Below are positions 40,199-53,919 of a stretch of 64,000 nucleotides of DNA, one piece after another (position 1 is the first letter of the stretch; each line of letters starts with the position of its first letter). This DNA comes from Octopus vulgaris (lineage: Eukaryota): contig OX597833.1 in assembly GCA_951406725.2 (NCBI GenBank), positions 67,952,001-68,016,000 of the forward strand, written 5' to 3'. The notes under the pieces are model-generated. The model was not told where the DNA came from. It saw nothing but the letters and a program-made list of their open reading frames with translations, and made no database searches. The position numbers and the translations under genes were made by a program.

Positions 40199-40484
40199 TG
40201 TATGAGAGAAAGAAAGAGAGAGGGAGAGAGAGAAAATAGGGAGAAAAAGAGAAAGAAAGAGGGAGAGAAAAGAGAGATAAAGAGTGAGATGGAGAGAGAA
40301 AGAAAGAAAGAAAGGAAGGAAGAAGGAGGCCAATATCAGAAATCAGGGTGATGAGAAAACTGCAGCCAACCGAAACCACTGAAGCTAACTCCCTTATATC
40401 TAGGGTGTCTGCGAACAGAGTTGTAATTGAGATACAATTATGTCATAAGATGCAACAATCGCAAATATAAGACGAATATTTCAG

Positions 40485-40710
40485 ACGGCGAACTGGCAAA
40501 AATATTTGCATCTCGGGAAGAAAAAAGCTCAACGGTTTCTCACCTGTCTTCGTGTTCTGAGTTCAAACTCCGCCGAGATTGACTTTGCCTGTCATTCTTA
40601 CGGGGTCAATAAAATAGATACAAGTTGTGTACCTGCGGTCGATGAAAATTAACTGAACTCCGCCACCCAACGAAGCTACAGGTCTTGTCTCAAAATTCGA
40701 AACCAATATA
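40485..40710 (+). mobile_element. Diverged SINE-B
   Basis: gttctgagttcaaactccgccgagattgactttgcct. Confidence 0.75.
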
Positions 40711-41176
40711 ATGCGAAATTTCGTATCTGTGAATTTATTAAACTCTCGGGGCACCTTTCCGATGTTGCATCTACAAATATGAATTCAGTATGGAAGCCAC
40801 TGTTCATTTTCTATTAATTCATCAAGTAATTAAATAATTAATAACTAATTTGTGTTAATTAAATCTGCAATTAACTAGCTGTTCATTTAATTATTAAGAC
40901 TAATCTCTTAGTGTAGCACAACATAGAGATACATTTGAATTTAATTCACACTTTAGAAGAGACAAGATGAAGTTACATATGAAAGTCTGATCTAAATTAA
41001 ATCTCCGTGGAGTTAGACAGGGCCACCACACATTAGTAAAGGTCTTCCTCTCTCGTCCCTCTCTCTCTCTCTCTGTCTTTTAAACATTGGCCAAAATAAC
41101 CAATGAGACAAATACTGCAATGCAATTAAAGGAAAACCTGGTGGGGAAAAATTGGCAGTAAGAATATTATAAACAA

Positions 41177-41547
41177 CTAGCAGTATCGCCCGGCGTTGCT
41201 CGGGTTTGTAAGGGAAATAACTATAAAGCATTTTTAGAGAGTTATAGCCAAAAAATGGAAAAAAATGATGGTAAATTTTTTTGAGAGTAAAAAAAGGTGG
41301 AGTTGCGTCCCCTAGACAGTTTGCGGTTTGTGTTTCTGATTCTCGACCCCATGTCGAATTTATCGATTTTTTCAGAACTGGGGGAACTTTTCAAAATTTT
41401 CGCTGCGTTAGTTTTGAATTATGACATTGGGCTATGTGTGTGTTAAGTTTCATCAGAATCGGTTGAAAGCCGTGGTCAGAGTGAGGGTACGAGAAAACAG
41501 ACACACAGAAACACGCACAGACAAACTGCCGTTTATATATAGAGAGA
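41177..41547 (-). mobile_element. Non-autonomous Helitron, complete
   Basis: Minus strand A|TCtctctatatata ... hairpin cccgagcaacgccggg (41189-41204) ... CTAG|T; inserted between A and T with no TSD. Confidence 0.8.
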
Positions 41548-41769
41548 TACTAATGTTAGAAATAATGAAACTTCGTGTTGTTACCTTTTGGCAAAGAAGA
41601 CATTACTGGCAATATCAGGTCAACATCATTACCTCATGTCCTAACACTAAAATTACAGCCAACACCACAAACATGTAAATTAAGATTAACAAGAACAGTA
41701 TTATCATATTAATTAATCTTAGATCGTTAGTGGAGTGAAGGTTAAGGAAAATAGGGTTGATACTCGTTT

Positions 41770-41920
41770 TTAACTATAGGCAAAATGACTGAAATTTGGC
41801 GGGAATGGGCTAGTTGAGTATATCGACCCTAGTATTTGACTGGTACTTTGACTTTTATCATTCCAGGGTCGATGAAGTAATATCGACTGCAGCGGGATTT
41901 GAACCCAGAGCGTGAAGTCG
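41770..41920 (-). mobile_element. Diverged SINE-B
   Basis: atcgaccctagta...ctggtactt...gggatttgaacccagagcgt. Confidence 0.6.
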
Positions 41921-42049
41921 GAAAAAATCTGCTTCGATTTTGCCTTAAGATCTAATGTGTGTGGTCAGCTCAAAGTTTTGAATCTTCATTATACACACAC
42001 ACACACACACACTCATAATGAACAAGATTCAAAATATATATATATACAT

Positions 42050-42387
42050 TGTAGGTGCATGGCTCAGTGGTTAGAGCGTCGAGCTTACGATCGTGAGGTT
42101 ATAAGTTCGAATCCCGGACCGGGCTGCGTTTTGTGTTCTTGAGCAAGACACTTTATTTCACGTTGCTCCAGTTCACTCAGCTGTAGAAATGAGTTGCGAC
42201 GTCACAGGTGCCAAGCTGTATCGGCCTTTGCCTTTCCCTTGGATAACACTGGTGGCGTGGAGAGGGGAGGCCGGTAGGCATGGGCGACTGCTGGCCTTCC
42301 CTAAACAACCTTGCCTGGACTTGTACCTGGGAGGGTAACTTTCTTAGTTCAATCCCACGATCAGTCATGACCGAAGAGGGTCTCAAC
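42050..42387 (+). mobile_element. SINE-C (tRNA-Arg-like head, CORE-like centre, tail 3), young copy ending at (TA)n
   Basis: A box tggctcagtgg, B box gttcgaatccc, centre ttgagcaagacactttatttcacgttgctccagttcactcagctg. Confidence 0.85.
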
Positions 42388-42389
42388 AA

Positions 42390-42450
<61 letters not shown>

Positions 42451-42464
42451 ATTTGATTATTTGA

Positions 42465-42592
42465 TCATAACGTAGCGGTTCGGTAAAAGAAATCGATAGC
42501 ATAAATGCCAGACTTGAAATAGTTCAACATTGGGTCAATTGCTTCGTGTAAGCTCCAGCGTGGGCGCAGTCAAATGACTGAAACAAATAACA
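42465..42592 (+). mobile_element. SINE-A 3' fragment
   Basis: agcggttcggtaaaaga...gcagtcaaatgactgaaaca. Confidence 0.7.
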
Positions 42593-43176
42593 GATAAAAG
42601 GCATCTGCGTGCACAGAGTGATATTATAAATGGATATCCACTTAGCCAACGGATTATCTTGAAACGAAAAATAAACACATATAGACTTACACAGACTTAC
42701 ACAAACACACACATACGTAAAGAAGAAGAAGAAGAGAGAGAGAAAGAGATTAAGGAAGCAGGAAGAAATAGAAATGAAGAGTAATAGAATGTGGTGGAGT
42801 ATGGCACAAATTCTATGTAACCTCTGTCAAAGAAATGGAAAGAAACAAAACAGGAGATAAAAATGAAAATGGCGTTTCATATCTATATATATATGTATAT
42901 ATATGCGTGCGTGCGTATGTATGTGTGTGTGTGTGTGTGTGTTAAGTATGAAAGATCTATGTACAAGAATTCATTGGAGCGTAATCTACAAATCGCCTTA
43001 TTGCTGGGTAATTTCTTAAATCATTTAGAAATTCATAGACAAGAAAATAAGACATAAAAATTATTTCCGTATATGAGCGTCGTTATTTGAGTGTATCTCT
43101 GTGTAGGTGTCTGCGCCGGCATATACGAACACAAATTTCAAAGTATAGTACGTGCGTGTGTATGCATGCATTTGTT

Positions 43177-43224
<48 letters not shown>

Positions 43225-43825
43225 AGATCACTAATGATATAAGTCAGTTTGTAATTCAAACTGACAAGTATAGTTTCGTTAGATTTGCTGGAGTTTTGTT
43301 TATTGTTACAATGAAGTAATAATTGTGTGTTTTACATAACGCGTAGCTCCTAAGCCTAAACAGCTATTTATTTAGAGTCTCTCTTTTCATATGCACCACA
43401 AATACACACACACAGACACACGTATGTATCCGTCCTCTATCACTCTAAAGATGTGTAGGTGTAACTTAATTGCTTGATTGGTAGGTTTGGGAACGTCGGG
43501 ACGTCAGGCAGTTAAACACCATCACGTCGTGGTACCATCACGTTGTAAGCATTTGGGCCATGCTTCCGTTCAAAAGAGTCTTCATATGTACATGTCTATA
43601 TATAAATGTATATATATATGCACACACACACACAAACAGCCACAACAGTTTGTGTCATACAATGTACGATCAAAAGGTGTCGAAACTCCGTCTATAGCAA
43701 CGGAGTTGAAGTATACTTCAAAGATAGCTTTCTCAGTGTTATTGCTTTTTATATATATTCGACGTTGAATTTTGATCCCACTATCTGTATTTCTTCCTCC
43801 TTCTTTAAGACGCTCCACTTTCTCT

Positions 43826-43883
<58 letters not shown>

Positions 43884-44571
43884 GCATGCAGTCGCCATGT
43901 TGGACCGCTGAACTCTACATGTATTTTTCATTCTCTCTGTTCATTTCCTCTTATTCCTTTTTGTTTATTTCCCCTTCCTTTCTGATGAAGAGCTGTAGAC
44001 ACGAAATCTAAAGAAGGCTTTCTTTATTTTTCCGTTACCATAGCGAGAGTCTCGACAACTTTTGACCATGCGTTGTATGACATAGATTATATATATATAT
44101 GTACTGCGTGTGTACATGTTTATATAATGACTGTGTACATAGTTATGTAAGTATACGTATGTCGTATAAAACACTTACATATTTTATCGATGTATAATTT
44201 CCTTGATTAATTAGGTTATCTCATTGGCACAGAAATTGGATAACGTCAGCTCCGAAATTGTCGGAAACATTTAACAAATCACAAATCCGAGATGCAAACA
44301 TAAGAGATACAAAGATAAACTTATGAATGGATTCTTCAAAGATACTGTTTATGAAATTCTCTTAAAATTGGAATTGGTTAAAAATGGGTTATCGGTAAAA
44401 AACATTCCTCAGATTAACGAGAAGACGTCTCAAAAAGTGTACATCAATGTATCGAACGAGGATTTCTTACACGTGCTAGTTGTATGCATGTGTTTTTGTT
44501 TAAATGTTTGTGTGAGTGTGAGGATATTTGAGGTTGTATATATATATATATATATATATATACACGCACAC

Positions 44572-44660
44572 AACAATTCCTCGCCTATCGCGGGTGTTAC
44601 GTACCAAGAGACCCCGCGAAAACTGAAAATCCATGGAGTAGAAACAGTACTGTACTGTTT
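44572..44660 (+). mobile_element. Tigger/MER2-like DNA transposon end fragment
   Basis: cctcgcctatcgcgggtgttacgtaccaagagaccccgcga resembles Tigger left ends. Confidence 0.45.
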
Positions 44661-44661
44661 A

Positions 44662-44720
<59 letters not shown>

Positions 44721-44724
<4 letters not shown>

Positions 44725-44964
44725 TTAGAGACAAAACAACTATTAGGAAAATCAAACAGTGAAAATCATAAATCAATGCATAGAAATAAAATTAATTAAT
44801 AAAAAATATATGAAATTCAAAGTTTAAAATATGTAAATTAAACTTTAATTTAAATATTTTAAATTTTATATTTTATATATTTTTTATTAATTAATTTTAT
44901 TTCTATGTATTGATTTATGATTTTCACTGTTTGATTTTCCTAATAGTGGTTTGTCTTTAATTTA
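44721..44964. repeat. ~244-bp AT-rich palindrome flanked by (TA)n on both sides
   Basis: Arms centred on aaattaaa-c-tttaattt (c44843), for example ctattaggaaaatcaaacagtgaaaatcataaatcaat and its reverse complement. Confidence 0.95.
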
Positions 44965-45054
44965 ATATTATATATATATATATATATTTATACTATAAAA
45001 TTAGATTTAATCCTAAATCTAATTTTTCCCTGTAAGTTTGTATTTACTCCCTAA

Positions 45055-45122
<68 letters not shown>

Positions 45123-45129
45123 TGTGTGA

Positions 45130-45315
45130 GTATGTGGATGCTTGTCTGTGTGTGTTTTGTTTATGGTCATGTAACGTAAGGGGTTCGGCGGAGAGAACCC
45201 CTTACGATAGAATAAGTATCAGGCTGAAAAAATATAAGTGCTGGGAGACGAGTTGTTCCACTAAACTCTCCAAGGCGATGCTCCAGCGTGGCCCCGTAGT
45301 CCAATAACTGGAATG
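45130..45315 (+). mobile_element. Diverged SINE-A 3' half
   Basis: gatagaataagta...aaggcgatgctccagcgtggcc. Confidence 0.65.
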
Positions 45316-45386
45316 AGGAAATATATTTAAATATATATATATTTATATGTATATATATGTATAAATACATACGTATGTATATTATG

Positions 45387-45430
<44 letters not shown>

Positions 45431-45476
45431 GATATACATGTATGTATATATATGTATATATGCAAATATATGTATG

Positions 45477-45512
<36 letters not shown>

Positions 45513-45772
45513 TATGTATGTAAGCTGAATTTTATAAGCTGTCAAAGATATCTGTGGATGTCTGAATAAGCAGATTTAATATATATCTCGATAGTCAGGA
45601 GGTCGCATAACTGATCTCCAATATTTATCATGATTGAGCGAAAAACCTATCAAATTAAATGATTCAGCTTTGATGTAGAAATTACAGTCGTAAAATCTAA
45701 TATGGTACTTGAGATAGTGGTTTCTGTTAATTGTGTGGGTATATTCATAGCGCTATTTATATTAGCCAGAAT

Positions 45773-45814
<42 letters not shown>

Positions 45815-46049
45815 ATATGTATGTGTGTTTATGAGGATATGTTTATGTGTAACTATGTACGGTTGTGTGTTCGTGTTCCTCCTTTCTTTTAGCGGTTATT
45901 TCTTATGTAAGGAGAGATAGAGAAAGAATGGAATGAAAATAAATAACAATTATTTACACTGATATAAACGTACACAAATACTCAATTAAAAGCACATAGT
46001 TATATGCACGCAGAAACACATACACATCTATACACACATATGCACGTGC

Positions 46050-46600
46050 GTGCATTTATGCATGCATATATAAATATATAAATAACATATTTAATATATA
46101 GTGTGTTTGTGTGTAATATACGTATACTATACATACTGACATATATATATATATATACGTATATATGTATATGCATATATACACATATACATTTATATGT
46201 ATATATATACATTTATATATATAATTATATATATTTATGCATATATTTATATACATATATATATACATATATATATAATTATATATATTTATAGATAATA
46301 TATATATATATATACATTTATATATATAATTATATATATTTATACATATATATTCATATATATATATACATATATATATATAATTATATATATTTATGCA
46401 TATATATTCATATATATATATACATATATACATACATATATATATATATATACTTGTATATACACTTATATATATATATATTGTAGAATTCATACGTAGT
46501 ATTTATATATAATACGTATTGGCGAATATGAATATATTATATAATACATATCTATGATATATATCGTAGATATATATATATATATATATATATACGGATG
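46050..46600. repeat. (TA)n-rich minisatellite-like array
   Basis: Repeated tatatatataattatatatatttat units. Confidence 0.9.
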
Positions 46601-47719
46601 TATATCTATTTCATGCATATGTGTATATGTGTGTTTGTGTGTGTGTGTGCTTGTTTAATGCGCATACAAACGCAAATATCCTTGGCTTGTTTCTATGTCT
46701 TTTCCTATTGAAATATACTTATCTTTTAATTTGTCTTCCGTCTGTGCTCAATTTTATATTAATGAATGTGTTTGAGCAAACTGAACGAGCGTATATTAAT
46801 ACTGTAAACGATGTTCATTGGACACCATTTAGAGTCAATGGACCATCAACGCAATTGATAGCAATGTGTTGTCTGTTAGATCAAATTATGTTTACTTTCA
46901 TATCTCGTTTATAATGTGTCCACGAAAGTCATCTCTTCCACAATCTCCGAAACGGACACACGCATATACATACTATACGTATAATTTCTCGTTCATACAC
47001 ACACACAAACAAACAAACATAGACTTGTATGTAAATATGTGTTCGTGTGTGTGTGTACTTTCATATATGTATAAAGTGAACAATATTAGTTTTATATTCT
47101 ATACAAAACTTAATATTCAACATTTGATATCGTTTTTGTAAGTAAACGGATACCAATATAACCCGGCGCTTACGTACACACAGGTCTCCCTGTCTCCCTG
47201 TCTGTCCATCTGTCTGTCTATCTCTCTATTTTAAATTCCTGTTTGGGACGATGGATCTCGAAGCAAAAGTTATAAATGATGGCTTGTAAATATTAGGTTT
47301 ACACAATCCTTTTGGTAGAATACGTCTAAAACTGCTCGTGGGACTTACGGGTATACATATATATTTGTGTGTCTGAGTGTATGTGTAAATATCTGTATAC
47401 TCACACACATTCTTGCAAATATATATACAGACATTTACATACATAATGAATATATAATTACTCATATACGGTTATAGAGTATTTCATCGATGTAAAATAT
47501 AGGTTCGTACTTACAACTGTTTCAGTTACGAGCTAGGCATCGCCAATTTAGAACTCATCGCCGTACAAAGGATTGATCAGTGATGCTTCTTCTACGAACT
47601 TTGACACGAACACCTAATGTTATATAGTTCCTTTTCTTCTTTTTTTTTATCTGAGAAATGGTTTCACTAATCTCTTCACTACTCTCCTCACTGGTGTTAC
47701 CCCGACCATTGTTTCAGAT

Positions 47720-48010
47720 GATACGATCAGCGGAACAGCCTGCTCGTAAAATTAACCTCCAAGTGGTTGAGCACTCCACAGACACGTGTAGGCTTGACGC
47801 AGTTTTGAGTGAGATTAAGTCAGCGTGGCACAGAATGTGATAAGGTTAATCGTTTGAAATACAAGTAATATATCATTCTTGCCAGCCGAATTGACGGGAT
47901 TATTGTGAAATAAAATTTTTCATGCATGCTCAAGAACACAATCCGCCGCTGTGAATCGAAACTACTATCCTATAATCGTATGTGCAAGGCCCCCAACCAT
48001 TAAGCCAAAC
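47720..48010 (-). mobile_element. SINE-C with tail 2, diverged
   Basis: cgatcagcggaacagcctgctcgt...gagcactccacagacacg...gaatcgaaac. Confidence 0.75.
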
Positions 48011-48025
48011 ACACCGATTGTAATA

Positions 48026-48669
48026 TAGTGATACCTCCGAGTACGAGGTTAATTCGTTCCATGACCGAGATCGTTTTACGATATACTCATTCTACAAATC
48101 AGTTTTCCCCGCTGAAATTAGCTAAAATATAATTAATCCGTTCCAGTCCACTCAAAGATAATTTTGTATGAATTTTAAAACAGGCATTACAACCGTGTTT
48201 CGTGGTCTGCTACCACAACAGCTCCTTTTTAGCATCCAGTTAGTTCAAGACATCATCAGGAGGAACCACGTCCGGTTTCGGCCCCTACTCCTCTACCGTT
48301 TTGACGTGCCCCCCCACTTTCGGAGGTGTCTTCAGCTCTGGTGTTGGGTGCATGTCTTCTTTTTCCTTCTTTCTTCTGTTCCCTGTCCTCTTCGATGTAT
48401 CGCCAGCGAGTGCCAACCGGTGACTGACTGACTTGTCAAATTTTTTCCCTTTAAATTTGACAAGTCCGAAGGGTTAGCGTTAGTTTCAAGTAAAAAGATA
48501 ATTATAAAAAAGAGAATGCAAAAAAAAAAATTAATTAGTTTTATTAACTGAATTACCTAAAAAATGGGACGATTTGTGTACTCGTACTTCAAGACAACAA
48601 TACTCATGAGTCTCGGCTGGTACACAAATTATCCGTACAATGGTGCACTCATTCTGCGAGGTTCTACTG
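48026..48669. mobile_element. Tigger/pogo-type MITE
   Basis: TA|(t)agtgatacctc ... gaggttctactg|TA imperfect TIRs with TA target site. Confidence 0.65.
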
Positions 48670-49354
48670 TATATTTAATATAACTTTTTACGTATTTATT
48701 ATTGAAATAAATGTCTCATGATACACATTTGATTCCTTTTGAAAGAATATGCAAATTATCTAAGCCATAACAGTGTTCCACCATTCTGTACTAAATGACC
48801 TCTTTCTTCGCTTTCTAGTTTAACCATTTTTTCCCCCATACATTTTGCTCCAGTTTTTTTTTTTAGCTATCAAATTATCCTCCAATTATTCATTTTTTCC
48901 CCTGTCTCTAATGTTCGCACAGCATTTACCTTCTGTTGTCACTCAATTTCGTCAGCCTCTTTCTTTCTCCACCTCTCAATCTCTCGCAGACATCCCTATG
49001 AATCACAACCCCTCTTTAAGTCTCCACTTCTCTTTCCCCTCCTCTGCCTCGCTGCGTCCATATTGGCTCCATTCCATTATTAATTCCTCATTTGTTTCGA
49101 TGCAATCACTGAATAATTAATTCTCTCTTCAAAGGGAAGGCGGTGTAGCTTGCTTTGGTTTGCTGCATTGAGAATACAACAAAATATTTATTCAATTAGC
49201 AAAAACTATAACTGTGTAGAAAGAAAAAAACCCAGTTCGCTCCTCAGACACGTGGTACCGAGTTCGATTCCATTAATATGTGCATTTCTTCCTCGTCTCT
49301 CTCTCTCTTCCTCGTTCCCTTCTTTCTCGCACCGTAACATATATGTATATATAT

Positions 49355-49405
<51 letters not shown>

Positions 49406-49408
<3 letters not shown>

Positions 49409-49482
49409 CGGAGATGTACTCGCATAGCAAGTAATTTGATCTGAGATCGTGTGCTGAAACGAAAACAATTGCAGCGTGGAAT
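49406..49482 (+). repeat. Unclassified dispersed repeat, also present at about 11843-11910
   Basis: cggagatgtact...tttgatctga...tgtgctgaa shared by both sites. Confidence 0.6.
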
Positions 49483-49494
49483 ATGTATATATAT

Positions 49495-49690
49495 AAAGTT
49501 AATCCAAACAAGAAAGCACAAAAAAACAAAACAACGCGAGGACGTGGAACAAATATAGTATTATTGGACGTTCAGGAAAGAAGGAGGGTTTAATGTTTCG
49601 AGCGGAGCTCTTCGTCGGAAACATAGAAGGAAAGATCCAGAGAAGAGAAGACAGAAGAAAGAAAAATCGCCAACGGTACTCACGATGTCA
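49495..49690 (-). mobile_element. Penelope-like terminal remnant with hammerhead-like motif at 49588-49622
   Basis: GTTT-CCGACGA-A-GAGC-TCC-GCTC-GAAAC-ATT-AAAC; TA-rich flanks. Confidence 0.6.
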
Positions 49691-49744
49691 TATGTATATA
49701 TATATATATATATATGAGTGTTTGTGTGTGTGTGTGTATAAATT

Positions 49745-49917
49745 TATATGTCGGTTTCCTTACAGATTCCCTCCCGCCAAATTGACTCACAGGGAATTCG
49801 TTGGCCCTAGATAATAGTAGGAGCCACTTGCCCAACGTGACACTTAGTATAGTCCTACTATATTCTGAACCTAGAGCCTCGTGGTTGGGAAAAAACTATC
49901 TTACCACACAGCCACCC
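49745..49917 (-). mobile_element. Diverged SINE-A 5' half
   Basis: cacttgcccaa...cttaccacacagccac. Confidence 0.6.
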
Positions 49918-49962
49918 CTGTATCTCCCTCTCTCTCTATTTATCTATCTATCTATCCATCTG

Positions 49963-50004
<42 letters not shown>

Positions 50005-51548
50005 AATCTATCTAGGTTTTTCTTTCCAGGGCTACACCTAAACTGTGAACTTTATTTATATATATATATATATATATTATATTTTTATACACCACACAAC
50101 CCACAGATCCCTATTGATCGAATGTTTTTTTTTCTTTGTGTCCAACCCATCCCACCTCGAAAAGAAAAAAAAAACTCTACATTGTATTTCGTCCATTTGT
50201 GTGGCCACAATAAAAAGTTATCTATCATACACACATATGCATATGACATATAGACATTTTTACAAACCACGAATACGTATTTGTGTACATATATCTACGT
50301 GTGAGTGTATAAATGACGTATGCAAATACAAACGTATGTCATACACAATTAAGTACTTCTGCCAGCATCGTTTGTACTTGTTACATTTGTCAAAAGAAAC
50401 ATCTGTCGGCAGCCAATTACTGTACACCTGAACAAGATATCTCGTTGTAATGGACTGAAAATGACTGATATGATATAGTTATAGGAGTAGGAATAGTTGT
50501 GATAAAACTGAGGAAAGAAAACGCCACGTGCATACAGGCCTCCAGTAGATATCTTTAATCTTTTCAGGATACAGCTATATACATACACTCGTACACGTGC
50601 TTATGCGTATATGTTGCCTATGCATACATACACTTTCATAAGCATATGTATCTCTTGCTATACACACACACACATAAGAGAGTGGCTGTGCACATGTCCG
50701 TATGTATATATGGCTCCTCCCTCTCTCTCTGTATATATATATTTATGTATATATACATATATATATTTATATGTACATACATCATACACATACAGTCTAC
50801 ATATTAGTACGTGTGTATGCAGCTATTTAACGATTCATCTATCTATTTATTTATCTGTCTGTATGTCTAGCTATATATATATATATATATACATATATAT
50901 ATCTGTATCAACATTCACGCATATTTGTGTGTGTGTGTGTGTGTGTGTGTGTCTCTGTTTGCTGGGAATCAATCGAGCCGCAAATCCCGATCGATGCAGT
51001 GTGCTGAATTTAGGAAGCAATTAAAGACCTCTGTGTTTGGGAATCATCCAGATGATAATATAATTGAATAGATATGCAGTATGCTCGGGGTGAAAATATA
51101 TCTTGCTGACCTCTGGAGTTTTGTAGGTCACAGTATCATCTCCTCCTTGGAGCCATTTTTTCGTCTAACACTATTACATAAAGACAACGTATATATACAT
51201 ATATATATGCGTGTGTGCGAGTGTGTATTTATGTGAGAGAGGGAGAAAGATTTCGGCCATTGTATGTGAAGTAAATGCAAACCGCGAAAAACTAATTTAA
51301 AGATAGGCCGACGTCTACGAGACGAAGTGTGAATATATTGTTATCAAGATATAACGATTCGTTGGTATAGTGTAAGAATAGAACCCGCACCGCCTCCACC
51401 ACCATTTGTATTACGTCTGTGGCACACAGCAGAGATGGTTCTGATAGATATAACTATCATTTGCAATATGTTATCTTTTAAATAAATAAATAAAGAGAAC
51501 TCGTGCGAAGGGCAGAAAGTTATCACACATATATCGACAAAACTACGC

Positions 51549-51590
<42 letters not shown>

Positions 51591-51865
51591 GGACATAAAT
51601 GCGTGTGTGTGTGTGTGTGTGTGTTCATATTTGTACGCACACACACACACATATTATATATGTGTGTGTGTGTGAGCATTTATGTTATATAAAAAAAGTA
51701 CACATGTTCTTATATATTATAGGAATATGTGTGTATATTTACATATATATGGAACAATATACATGTTTGCGCATATATGTATACGTATATAATTTTTCCA
51801 TATATATATATATAAATGAATAATTATACACGTACACACACTCACACACACGTATATATATATAT

Positions 51866-52003
51866 ATCAGTAATCATAGATCTTAAACTGGGAACTGAAA
51901 AAGAAATATGGCCGAAAAATTTGGAGATATATATATATAAGGATATCAGTAATCATAGATCTTAAACTGAAAAACTGAAAAAGAAATATGGCCGAAAAAG
52001 TTT

Positions 52004-52006
<3 letters not shown>
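51866..52006. repeat. Tandem duplication, ~79-bp unit x2, inside (TA)n
   Basis: tcagtaatcatagatcttaaactg...aagaaatatggccgaaaaa repeated. Confidence 0.9.
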
Positions 52007-52046
<40 letters not shown>

Positions 52047-52455
52047 CATACATATATAGGAAAAATACAATTGGAATAATTCTGTATAAAATTAGAATCG
52101 TAAGTATTAACAGTCGAAATATATTTTAGTTAACCTGACCCGAATATCTCTCTATTGTGAGAAATAGGAATTGTAAAAGCCTGGCGCAGTTTGTACGCAT
52201 TAGAATCACCAATAGGTTCTGCAACACGATCTCTTGGTCCTTTGTAATATCGGCCAAGTTCGACATAGATCACATTCTTCGCTTTTTCAAACAATAAAGG
52301 AAACAATACAAATGTAAATGAAAACATCATATTTTTCGTATATGTTCGTTGTCCAGTCTGTCCTGGTGCAGAATTGCAGCAACAGCAATTAGAATATCCA
52401 ACTATCAAGGGAAATATTCCATAGTACTCGAATACTAGATGTAGAGTAATATGCT

Positions 52456-52601
52456 TTATTAAAAAGCAGCAAAAAATCACAAAATCTGTTACTCGTGAGT
52501 TTCACGATCCCGTTCGTAGGACACATTCTAAACAAAACTGTCCGACGAACGGTAACGTAAAACTCTGAGTAACATTTTTTGTGATAATTTTGCTGCTTTT
52601 T

Positions 52602-52606
<5 letters not shown>
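52456..52606. mobile_element. Inverted pair of Penelope-like ends (68-bp arms, 15-bp spacer), each arm with a hammerhead-like motif
   Basis: + strand TGT-CCGACGA-ACG-GTAA-CGT-AAAAC-TCTGA-GTA-ACA (52539-52574); - strand TGT-CCTACGA-ACG-GGAT-CGT-GAAAC-TCACGA-GTA-ACA (52487-52523). Confidence 0.7.
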
Positions 52607-52648
<42 letters not shown>

Positions 52649-53057
52649 CAATTTCCTGGTTGTACAACTTAATATACTACATTTAGCCTAAGTTGTTTGA
52701 GATTCTTCCATGGGTGTTTTCTCAAAGTAATTCCTTTTTCTCGTTCATGCTTCATTGATTTTGGTGATGGTTAAGCAAAATCGATCTACACTGGATTCGA
52801 TCTTCTTAAATTGATATTAAAATATACTAAATGTAGTCACGAACCAGTATATTTTACAGAACTTCCATATTTTACTTTCACATTCACTTTCATTTAAACA
52901 TTTACCTTGCTTTTTACTTACCATTTTAAAATAAAATATTCTTGAAACCAGTGTGGTATTTTAATAAATCTGTAAAATGCTCCGAAGATATTGCCAATTT
53001 GTAGGGTAACAGCGAATAAATACATAATGCTCAAAATTATATATGAATTATCATTAA

Positions 53058-53447
53058 CTAGCTGGCCCCGTGCCGTCAAAAATGAAGGGTAATTGTAGTA
53101 TTTTATATATAAATATGGATGGTAAATCAAATTTATACACTTGTTATCTAGTGGTTGTCTTTTGAGATGTGGCACCGATCATCGTGTGTTACTGAAAGGA
53201 CGCTGGTTCACACAACATTCACATACTTCCCTTATACACGCAGACGCATATACACACATATACTCATAGAAAGTTGAAACACTGTTTGAGTTTTTCGTTT
53301 CAACGTTGAATGTTCACCATCCCACTTCCATTGCACACTCACATCACACATATACTCAGAGTTGATACGCTCCCACTACCAGTCTGCCATCACCCCTTAC
53401 TTTCTCATATGTTGTGACGGAGAAAAACAGAAGAGTATTATTATAGA
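53058..53447 (-). mobile_element. Probable decayed non-autonomous Helitron
   Basis: CTAG|T end with degenerate hairpin ccgtcaaaaatgaagg; TCtataataat-like start at the other side. Confidence 0.45.
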
Positions 53448-53919
53448 AGAGTATAATTATGATACAGAGTAGCAACAGGAGAATATGCGAGCCATCTTCT
53501 CATGTACTTTTCTGAGGAGATACTTGCGAAGCCAGAATGGTTAATCACTTGTGGAAATCCGCGCTCACTTGCAATTAATGTTTATAATGGCGGTCCTATT
53601 AACAAAAATCAAAAGAAACCAGGTGTATGCAAAGGTAAAGTCGAATACTTTTAAATATATTCACAAAACCACTCACGAATAACAATATCTACGAAATAAG
53701 CACCTCATCAATTAACCGCTTAATCGTGTCTGTCATATTTCTTTGCAATAAATAACGATAAAAGCACACACACACACACACACACACATACACACGCACA
53801 CGCACACACACACACACACACACAGAGGCGTAATTAGAAAAAAATAGATGGGAAACACGTATATATACAAAACACACATATACGTATGCATGATTCTATG
53901 TAGGGATATCTATTTGTTG

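Noticed and set aside
42050-42125. tRNA-Arg(ACG)-like sequence
   Set aside because: It is the head of a SINE, continues into SINE body sequence, and its stems are imperfect
43681-43721. GAAACTCCGT-loop-ACGGAGTT hairpin plus palindrome ttgaagtatacttcaa, resembling hammerhead stems III and I
   Set aside because: No CUGAnGA-like core or stem II on either side
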